Source: a virus (lineage: Duplodnaviria; Heunggongvirae; Uroviricota; Caudoviricetes). From it: a stretch of 5,178 nucleotides of DNA. Shown piece by piece: positions 1 to 5,178 of this stretch (positions are counted from its first letter, which is position 1; the number at the start of each line of letters is the position of its first letter). A program made the translations under genes and the position numbers. The notes under the pieces are model-generated. The model was not told the DNA's origin. It worked only from the letters and a program-made list of their open reading frames with translations, and made no database searches. The stretch lies in the IMG/VR virus record IMGVR_UViG_2706794691_000005; one strand, written 5' to 3'.

Positions 1-167
1 ACGGCAGCAAGCCAGTAATGGGTTAAGTGATAACAGGTGTCTGGAAATATAGGGGCAAATCCAGCGTTCATCAGCCCCCGCATTGCCGACAGGATCACAG
101 ACGGGGGGCGCAACTGGTTGTCGTTCAACTGGCCCAGCTACCGTTCTTGTATCAGAGGTGTGGCTGC

Positions 168-1600
168 ATGACAACACCAGTCTGGCGTAATGATGACCTG
201 GAAGGCGCTGTCATTGGCGCATTCTTTCTGCGTGGGGCAGATCATGAAGTGATGGATATTCTGATCACACTACCGGCGGACATTTTTTCTGTACGAGCGT
301 ATCGGGATATCTACACAGGCATCTGCAGACAGGCCCGTGTTTCAGGAGTGATTGACCCCGTGCTGTTGTGTAATGAGATGCCGGAACTTGCCCCGGTGAT
401 TACTGATACCGGGCGTAAAACCTGGGTGAAGTCTTCACTGGAGCACTATGTTGCAGCGTTGCGGCGCAATGCCGCACTGCGCGATGCAGAAAAAACACTG
501 AATGAGGCGCTGCAGAAATTACGTGATGCGCATACCTGTGAAGCAGCTGAAGATGCCCTGAAGGATGCGCAGAACATGATGGTCACACTGTCGACAGGAA
601 AGGGCGTCATTCAGCCGGTACATATTGATGATGTGCTTCCGGAAGTGGTTGAGCGTGTTGAATGCCGGAATCAGGGGCTGGAGAAATCCAGGACGTTGAT
701 GACCGGTATTGATGAACTGGACGCAAAAACAGGCGGTATGGAGCCCGGAGACCTGGTATTCATTGCCGCCCGTCCTTCGATGGGGAAAACCGAACTTGCG
801 CTGGACATCATCGACAAGGTGACTGAGCAGGGGCATGGTGTGCTTCTGTTCACCATGGAGATGGCGAACATCCAGATTGGTGAACGTATGGTGTCTGCGG
901 CTGGAGGGATGCCAGTATCACGCCTGAAATCTGTGGCTCACTTTGAAGATGAAGACTGGGCGCGTTTCTCACAAGGGGTGGGGCGGATGACCGGGCGCAA
1001 TATCTGGATGGTGGACCAGGCGAACCTGACCATTGATGAGATATGCGCAACAACGAAACACCATCTGATTAAACATCCNNNNNNNNNNNNNNNNNNNNNN
1101 NNNNNNNNNNNNNNNNNNNNNNNNNNNNNNNNNNNNNNNNNNNNNNNNNNNNNNNNNNNNNNNNNNNNNNNNNNNNNNNNNNNNNNNNNNNNNNNNNNNN
1201 NNNNNNNNNNNNNNNNNNNNNNNNNNNNNNNNNNNNNNNNNNNNNNNNNNNNNNNNNNNNNNNNNNNNNNNNNNNNNNNNNNNNNNNNNNNNNNNNNNNN
1301 NNNNNNNNNNNNNNNNNNNNNNNNNNNNNNNNNNNNNNNNNNNNNNNNNNNNNNNNNNNNNTGCTTTACAGGGATGAAGTGTACAACCCGGATACACAGG
1401 CTACAGGCATAGCAGAAATTAATATCACGAAACAACGTAACGGTTCTCTGGGGACGATTTACCGGCGTTTTTATAACGGACATTTTCTGCCTGTGGACCA
1501 GGAAAGCGCACAGGTTCTTTCCACCCCAATGCGGCAGCCCCAGCCGCGCAGATACAGCAATACACGTACCGACAGCAGTAAGATGGAGCGTTTCTTTTGA
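168..1600 (+). CDS. Replicative DNA helicase, DnaB family (phage-encoded, P22 gp12-like); interrupted by assembly gap 1079-1361
   Basis: Translation from ATG 168 (MTTPVWRNDDLEGAVIGAFFLRG...) aligns by eye with the DnaB N-terminal domain. Walker A AARPSMGKT at 765-791, and HFEDEDWARFS resembles DnaB QLDDEDWARIS. After the gap, frame 2 reads LYRDEVYNPD...GIAEINITKQRNGSLGTI, matching the DnaB C-terminus (YRDEVY...GIAEIIIGKQRNGPIGTV), with stop TGA 1598-1600. RBS AGAGGTG at 153-159. The two parts sit in different frames because of the N-run (283 is not a multiple of 3). Confidence 0.85.
1079..1361. other. Run of 283 N (assembly gap or masked sequence) inside the helicase gene
   Basis: Uninterrupted n characters. 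Flanking translations correspond to roughly DnaB residues 320 and 410, so the missing stretch is about the size of the gap. Confidence 0.99.
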
Positions 1601-1611
1601 ACAACCAGACA

Positions 1612-1854
1612 ATGACTTTTACCTCTGAACAATTGCGTAAACACGCGCAGGAAATGTTGCGACAGGCGGAACAACTGGAAAAAACAGGTGTAACAAAAGA
1701 TGCCATTCGTCGGGATATGGTGCCAGCGCTCAGGGAACTGATGCAGGCGAAACATCGCGCACAAAAAGCGGTGGATGAGCTCGTTGATTGTGTGGCAGAG
1801 CTGGAAACCAAAGTTGGAAAGTTTGAAAAAATGGTGCAGGAGGTGCTGCGCTGA
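1612..1854 (+). CDS. Hypothetical small coiled-coil protein (80 aa from ATG 1612; alternative TTG start at 1597)
   Basis: ORF MTFTSEQLRKHAQEMLRQAEQLEKTGVTKDAIRRDMVPALRELMQAKHRAQKAVDELVDCVAELETKVGKFEKMVQEVLR, helical with heptad-like spacing. Sits in the nin-region position between helicase and rusA. Its stop overlaps the rusA start (ATGA at 1852-1856). GGAG at 1585-1588 would serve the TTG 1597 start; ATG 1612 has no obvious SD and may be coupled to the helicase stop. Confidence 0.5.
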   Translation: MTFTSEQLRKHAQEMLRQAEQLEKTGVTKDAIRRDMVPALRELMQAKHRAQKAVDELVDCVAELETKVGKFEKMVQEVLR

Positions 1855-2225
1855 TGCGCCATGAGTTTATTTTACCTTATCCGCCGACGGTGAATACTTA
1901 CTGGCGACGTCGTGGCAGCACATATTTTGTATCAAAAGTTGGTGAGCGTTATCGCCGTGATGTGACGCTAATTGTTCGCCAGCAGCGGCTGAAATTAAAC
2001 CTGTCCGGAAGGCTGGCGATAAAGATTATTGCAGAGCCACCGGATAAGCGCCGTCGTGACCTGGACAATATCCTGAAAGCACCACTGGATGCGCTGACGC
2101 ATGCCGGACTACTCATAGACGACGAGCAGTTTGATGAAATCAATATTGTGCGCGGTCAGCTCGTTCCTGGTGGGCGACTGGGCGTGAAGATTTATGAAAT
2201 CACAGGTGATAACGATGGCGCGTGA
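1854..2225 (+). CDS. rusA: Crossover junction endodeoxyribonuclease RusA (Holliday junction resolvase)
   Basis: 123 aa. [17 protein letters not shown]...[31 protein letters not shown]...[11 protein letters not shown] matches the RusA pattern as I recall it (PWPPSNNRYY...[23 protein letters not shown]...DDAQV...KGGRLELTITEM). Strong RBS AGGAGG at 1838-1843, 10 nt before the ATG. Confidence 0.85.
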   Translation: MRHEFILPYPPTVNTYWRRRGSTYFVSKVGERYRRDVTLIVRQQRLKLNLSGRLAIKIIAEPPDKRRRDLDNILKAPLDALTHAGLLIDDEQFDEINIVRGQLVPGGRLGVKIYEITGDNDGA

Positions 2226-2601
2226 TATTCAGCAGGTTATGGAACGGTGGGGGGCTTGGGCTGCAAACACTCATGAAGATGTATCCTGGGCGTCGATCGC
2301 TGCTGGTTTTAAAGGGTTAATTCCGTCGAAAGTGAAATCACGCCCTCAGTGTTCTGATGATGATGCAATGATAATTTGTGGCTGTATGGCCCGGTTGAAC
2401 AAGAAAAATCAGGATTTGCACGATTTGCTGGTGGATTATTACGTAGGTGGAATGACTTTTATGAGTCTGGCACGGAAACATGGGTGTTCGGATACCTGTA
2501 TTGGCAAGCGCCTGCAGAAAGCGGAAGGGGTTATTGATGGCATGTTGATGATGCTTGATATCCGGCTGGAGATGGACAGATACGTAGAACGAATTATGTA
2601 G
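2215..2601 (+). CDS. Late-gene antitermination protein Q (small Q21/QuuD-like family)
   Basis: 128 aa. [121 protein letters not shown] closely resembles the DLP12 QuuD-type Q protein as I remember it. RBS AGGTGA about 7 nt upstream. Overlaps the rusA 3' end by 11 nt. Followed immediately by a promoter and terminator in the canonical PR'/tR' arrangement. Confidence 0.8.
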   Translation: MARDIQQVMERWGAWAANTHEDVSWASIAAGFKGLIPSKVKSRPQCSDDDAMIICGCMARLNKKNQDLHDLLVDYYVGGMTFMSLARKHGCSDTCIGKRLQKAEGVIDGMLMMLDIRLEMDRYVERIM

Positions 2602-2605
2602 GTGC

Positions 2606-2635
2606 TTGACCAGACACATTGTCCGGGGCTATATT
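2606..2635 (+). promoter_or_regulatory. Candidate late promoter PR' (sigma70 -35/-10) with Q-utilisation region downstream
   Basis: TTGACC at 2606-2611, 18-bp spacer, TATATT at 2630-2635, starting 5 nt after the Q stop codon. The predicted start (about 2642) is followed by a perfect 6-bp hairpin CGCCAG-caaaat-CTGGCG (2643-2660). Confidence 0.5.
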
Positions 2636-2696
2636 CCTCACGCGCCAGCAAAATCTGGCGTCGGGATTGGAACCCCGGATAGAGACCGCGACAGAC

Positions 2697-2720
2697 ACAC
2701 GCCGCGAGCGTGTTTTTTAT
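2697..2720 (+). terminator. Intrinsic terminator tR' ending the short PR' leader transcript
   Basis: Stem ACACGC (2697-2702) / GCGTGT (2708-2713), loop CGCGA, followed by a T6 run (2713-2718). Predicted leader RNA about 75-77 nt. Confidence 0.6.
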
Positions 2721-2846
2721 TGTCGTATGCACGCGCACATCTGAATTATGGTGGGGCGCATGGGGGAGCTGAAAAGCTCGCCGGTCGGTTTCCCGGTAGT
2801 TCCAACCCTGTGCGTCTCACCACCCGATGATTGGAACCTGACGGTG

Positions 2847-2875
2847 TTGACAGTTTCAGGTTTGCAGTTTACATT
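2847..2875 (+). promoter_or_regulatory. Candidate sigma70 promoter in the cargo region
   Basis: TTGACA (2847-2852), 17-bp spacer, TACATT (2870-2875): perfect -35 with ideal spacing and a 4/6 -10. Confidence 0.3.
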
Positions 2876-2910
2876 TCCCCGCGGTGCTCAAAACACCTCG
2901 AAAGCGGTAT

Positions 2911-2938
2911 CCACACCCGATAGCCATGTGGTTTTTTT
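2911..2938 (+). terminator. Candidate intrinsic terminator/attenuator (weak stem, strong U-tract)
   Basis: CCACA (2911-2915) pairs with TGTGG (2927-2931) around an 11-nt loop, followed by T7 (2932-2938). Lies about 35 nt downstream of the predicted start of the 2847 promoter and 144 nt upstream of the ORF6N start codon. Confidence 0.3.
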
Positions 2939-3081
2939 GTGTCCAGAATTCTTGGTTTATGACCGGGTGTGCGGCTAATACAATACCAGCAATGGAAATA
3001 CGCCCGCCGACTTTCGACGGTTTTGAGCGCCCGGTCACCCTCTCAAAAGGGGTAAATCAAAATATTCGAAAGGACATGTCT

Positions 3082-3645
3082 ATGAATCGCACGTCTATTG
3101 AAAAACTCCCGTCACTTACGCATAACCATCTTCCTGTCATGACAACAGAGCTGCTGGCTGATTTGTACGGAACAGAGCGCCAGCGTTTGACAAACAATTT
3201 CAATCGAAACAAAGAACGGTTTATAGAAGGTAAACATTTTTTCCTGATAGAAGGTGATGCGTTACGAGAGTTGAAGAACGAAAACTCTTTAAGAGTTTCT
3301 GTGAAAATTGCCCGTAACGTTCGCTCCCTCATCCTCTGGACAGAACGTGGCGCAGCCCGTCACGCCAAAATGCTCGAAACCGATCAGGCGTGGGAAGTGT
3401 TCGAAAAACTGGAAGACTGTTATTTCAACCAGAAACAGCCACCAGCGGCACAAAACACATCTATCGAAAATGATGGATGCGCATTACTGAGCCACTTCGA
3501 TAAACACGGTCAGGTTGAGTTCACGGAAAAGGTACCCGCCGATGCGATGGTATGTACTCTGGAACGGTTTAAATTTTATCTGGAGCAACACGGGTGGATC
3601 GTTGCCCGTAAAGAGCAACTGGTGGAGCGGTTGATGCGGTTTTAA
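3082..3645 (+). CDS. ORF6N / KilA-N-like DNA-binding domain protein (phage antirepressor-like), C-terminal half of unknown function
   Basis: 187 aa from ATG 3082, with RBS AAAGGA at 3069-3074 (7-nt spacing). The N-terminal half (LPVMTTELLADLYGTERQRLTNNFNRNKERFIEGKHFFLIEGDALRELKN...LWTERGAARHAKMLETDQAWEVFEKLEDCYF) fits the ORF6N/KilA-N pattern seen in phage regulatory and antirepressor proteins. The C-terminal roughly 70 aa I cannot assign. The six-frame ORF extends upstream to 2884, but that stretch crosses a U-tract hairpin and has no RBS. Confidence 0.7.
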   Translation: MNRTSIEKLPSLTHNHLPVMTTELLADLYGTERQRLTNNFNRNKERFIEGKHFFLIEGDALRELKNENSLRVSVKIARNVRSLILWTERGAARHAKMLETDQAWEVFEKLEDCYFNQKQPPAAQNTSIENDGCALLSHFDKHGQVEFTEKVPADAMVCTLERFKFYLEQHGWIVARKEQLVERLMRF

Positions 3646-3662
3646 AAATTTTTTCCGAAAAC

Positions 3663-3676
3663 TTTACGATCGTAAA
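3663..3676. repeat. Perfect 14-bp palindrome TTTACGATCGTAAA (contains a GATC Dam site); function unknown
   Basis: Read directly from the sequence. Lies 18 nt after the ORF6N stop codon and before the terminator at 3721. Confidence 0.9.
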
Positions 3677-3720
3677 AAGTTGAATATCCTGTTAAGAGTG
3701 GTTACTACGCCACACAGCTT

Positions 3721-3747
3721 AAACCCGCCGATGAGCGGGTTTTTTTA
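3721..3747 (+). terminator. Intrinsic terminator downstream of the ORF6N gene
   Basis: Stem AACCCGC (3722-3728) / GCGGGTT (3735-3741), loop CGATGA, then T-run 3740-3747. Confidence 0.6.
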
Positions 3748-3796
3748 TACCTGAAAAACGGCACAGGACGTTAAACGTGCTGGTGGTCAGATGAGT

Positions 3797-3825
3797 TTGC
3801 AGATGTGATGACATATGGTTATTAT
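3797..3825 (+). promoter_or_regulatory. Candidate sigma70 promoter for the tRNA array
   Basis: TTGCAG (3797-3802), 17-bp spacer, TATTAT (3820-3825). Predicted start about 3832, 2-3 nt before the first tRNA. Confidence 0.45.
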
Positions 3826-3834
3826 TCTGCCTCC

Positions 3835-3911
3835 GGCCCTTTAGCTCAGTTGGTCAGAGCGAGCGACTCATAATCGCCAGGTCGCTGGTTCAAGTCCAGC
3901 AAGGGCCACCA
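3835..3911 (+). tRNA. tRNA-Ile (anticodon CAU, lysidine type, decodes AUA; ileX/ileZ-like), CCA encoded
   Basis: Cloverleaf read by eye: acceptor GGCCCTT/AAGGGCC, anticodon loop CTCATAA (CAT at 3869-3871), T-loop GGTTCAAGTCC. Strong resemblance to E. coli ileX as recalled. Confidence 0.85.
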
Positions 3912-3912
3912 A

Positions 3913-3989
3913 CCACCACTAGCTCATCCGGATAGAGCATCAACCTTCTAAGTTGACGGTGCGAGGTTCGAGTCCTCGGTGGTGGGCCA
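3913..3989 (+). tRNA. tRNA-Arg (anticodon UCU, decodes AGA), CCA encoded
   Basis: Acceptor CCACCAC/GTGGTGG, D-arm GCTC-ATCCGGATA-GAGC, anticodon stem TCAAC/GTTGA with loop CTTCTAA (TCT at 3947-3949), T-arm CGAGG-TTCGAGT-CCTCG. One-nt spacer from the preceding tRNA. Confidence 0.85.
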
Positions 3990-3991
3990 GC

Positions 3992-4067
<76 letters not shown>

Positions 4068-4070
4068 TAT

Positions 4071-4145
<75 letters not shown>

Positions 4146-4179
4146 GCGAGATTTGAGACGAAGGTTGTTATTTGCACTG

Positions 4180-4193
4180 ACACAATATTGTGT
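4180..4193. repeat. Perfect 14-bp palindrome ACACAATATTGTGT; function unknown
   Basis: Read directly from the sequence, 35 nt downstream of the last tRNA. Confidence 0.9.
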
Positions 4194-4405
4194 GGGAATG
4201 TCTGACTCCTTACCATCTCCTGTTCTGTGATGTTGTTTTGTTGCAGTTCCAGTGCTCTTTTTTCAGCACCAGAATGGTGCATTGTCGGTCAGGTTACGTA
4301 GTGAACCTCTGGCAGGGGACTGATGATTCATCATTCTGGTGTTGTAAATATCTCTTCGGACAACTTACAAAATATTCTAAGCAAACCCCGGGAACACACT
4401 CTTAA

Positions 4406-4427
4406 CTGCCTTGGCTGGCGGTTTTTT
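4406..4427 (+). terminator. Candidate intrinsic terminator
   Basis: CTGCC (4406-4410) / GGCGG (4417-4421) with one G-U pair, loop TTGGCT, then T6 (4422-4427). Confidence 0.3.
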
Positions 4428-4528
4428 GTACAGCGCTCGGTATGTGTGAGCTGGAAATCAGATTTTGCATGGACTGGAATCATGCTGTTATTTAGGGGCG
4501 AAGAACTGGCTTTTTCTTCCGCCTTCTC

Positions 4529-4778
4529 NNNNNNNNNNNNNNNNNNNNNNNNNNNNNNNNNNNNNNNNNNNNNNNNNNNNNNNNNNNNNNNNNNNNNNNN
4601 NNNNNNNNNNNNNNNNNNNNNNNNNNNNNNNNNNNNNNNNNNNNNNNNNNNNNNNNNNNNNNNNNNNNNNNNNNNNNNNNNNNNNNNNNNNNNNNNNNNN
4701 NNNNNNNNNNNNNNNNNNNNNNNNNNNNNNNNNNNNNNNNNNNNNNNNNNNNNNNNNNNNNNNNNNNNNNNNNNNNNN
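4529..4778. other. Run of 250 N (assembly gap or masked sequence); hides the 5' end of the holin gene
   Basis: Uninterrupted n characters. A 71-codon S21-type holin ending at 4880 would start near 4665, inside this run. Confidence 0.99.
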
Positions 4779-4880
4779 ATTGGTGTGCTGGGAAGTCTGC
4801 TTCTGGGGCTTCTGACTTATCTGACAAATCTGTATTTCAAAATAAGAGAAGACAAGCGTAAGGCTGCGAGAGGTGAATAA
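4779..4880 (+). CDS. Holin, phage 21 S21-type pinholin (class II holin), 3' fragment; 5' end lies in the gap
   Basis: Visible C-terminus [33 protein letters not shown] matches the S21/EssD C-terminus as recalled ([35 protein letters not shown]). Stop TAA 4878-4880 overlaps the endolysin ATG (TAATG). Confidence 0.75.
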   Translation: MGVLGSLLLGLLTYLTNLYFKIREDKRKAARGE

Positions 4881-5178
4881 TGTCGCCATCATTACGCAAG
4901 GCTGTTGCAGCTGCTATTGGTGGTGGGGCTGTTGCTATAGCATCTGTGTTAATCACTGGCCCAGGTGGTAACGATGGTCTGGAAGGTGTCAGCTACATAC
5001 CATACAAAGATATCATTGGTGTATGGACTGTATGTCACGGACACACCGGAAAAGACATCATGCTCGGTAAAACGTATACCGAAGCAGAATGCAAAGCCCT
5101 CCTGAATAAAGACCTTGCCACTGTCGCCAGACAAATTAACCCGTACATCAAAGTCGATATACCGGAAACAACGCGCGG
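4880..5178 (+). CDS. SAR endolysin (phage 21 R21-type lysozyme with N-terminal signal-anchor-release domain); 3' end beyond window
   Basis: Translation [99 protein letters not shown]. Gly/Ala-rich SAR helix followed by a T4-lysozyme-like catalytic region; very close to R21/RrrD as recalled. Open to the window edge. Confidence 0.85.
   Translation, partial: MSPSLRKAVAAAIGGGAVAIASVLITGPGGNDGLEGVSYIPYKDIIGVWTVCHGHTGKDIMLGKTYTEAECKALLNKDLATVARQINPYIKVDIPETTR

Noticed and set aside
27-167. In-frame N-terminal extension of the helicase ORF starting at ATG 27
   Set aside because: The DnaB alignment begins at Met168, which has a good RBS; the upstream residues are Cys/Arg/His-rich and not DnaB-like.
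519-1612. Minus-strand ORFs 519-836, 671-871, 850-1053, 938-1612 and 969-1397
   Set aside because: They lie entirely antisense to the well-supported helicase gene, two of them run through the N-gap, and they have low-complexity composition. Antisense shadow ORFs.
1425-1862. Minus-strand ORFs 1425-1862 and 1471-1764
   Set aside because: Antisense to the helicase 3' end and the small coiled-coil ORF; Cys/Ser-rich with no RBS.
1949-2738. Minus-strand ORFs 1949-2143, 2338-2619 and 2439-2738
   Set aside because: Antisense to rusA and Q; the last one spans the PR'/tR' region.
2665-2839. 10-bp direct repeat GATTGGAACC at 2665-2674 and 2830-2839
   Set aside because: About a dozen repeated 10-mers are expected by chance in 5 kb, and one copy lies inside the PR' leader. 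Not significant on its own.
2606-2978. Plus-strand ORFs 2606-2830 and 2748-2978, and minus-strand ORF 2856-3038
   Set aside because: They cross the tR' hairpin or the 2911-2938 U-tract hairpin, lack an RBS, and are Gly/Pro/Arg-rich. The region is treated as non-coding.
2884-3081. Upstream extension of the ORF6N reading frame to a GTG at 2884
   Set aside because: The extension crosses the hairpin plus T7 tract and has no RBS, whereas ATG 3082 has AAAGGA at ideal spacing.
3057-3490. Minus-strand ORF 3057-3332 and plus-strand ORF 3308-3490 inside the ORF6N gene
   Set aside because: Alternative-frame or antisense shadows of the better-supported ORF6N reading frame.
2847-3645. Type III toxin-antitoxin (ToxIN-like) arrangement of promoter, short RNA, terminator and protein gene
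   Set aside because: There are no tandem repeats in the putative RNA, and the downstream protein looks like a DNA-binding ORF6N protein rather than an endoribonuclease.
4190-4528. Plus-strand ORFs 4190-4405 and 4323 onward, considered as possible small proteins or a missing toxin gene
   Set aside because: GTG or weak starts, no RBS, Cys/Trp/Phe-rich low-complexity translations; the second runs into the N-gap. No similarity to Stx subunits noticed.
4465-4892. ORFs 4465-4815 (+), 4488-4892 (-) and 4492-4827 (-), made mostly of X residues
   Set aside because: Artefacts of translating through the N-run.
4949-5134. Minus-strand ORF inside the endolysin gene
   Set aside because: Antisense to a confidently identified SAR endolysin.

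Overview
This window reads as the replication/nin-to-lysis junction of a lambdoid (P22/21/DLP12-like) prophage of an enterobacterium, with everything on the + strand. All protein identities are from my reading of the translations and my recollection of these families; no search was run. In order: a DnaB-family replicative helicase (168-1600, interrupted by a 283-N gap), a small coiled-coil ORF, the RusA Holliday-junction resolvase, a small antiterminator Q, and a late promoter (PR') with an intrinsic terminator (tR') about 77 nt downstream. Then comes a cargo ('moron') slot: about 360 bp of non-coding DNA carrying a second candidate promoter-plus-terminator unit, an ORF6N/KilA-N-like DNA-binding protein gene, and a tightly packed array of four tRNAs (Ile-CAU, Arg-UCU, Thr-UGU, Gly-UCC) with its own promoter. 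About 380 bp of apparently non-coding DNA and a 250-N gap follow, then the 3' end of an S21-type pinholin gene overlapping the start of a SAR endolysin that runs off the window. No toxin, porin or recognisable defence gene is visible, and I cannot point to a clearly novel system. The most plausible places for something undescribed are the non-coding cargo DNA (candidate small RNA at 2847-2938; the 4146-4528 stretch), the ORF6N protein's unassigned C-terminal half, and the unusual tRNA set.
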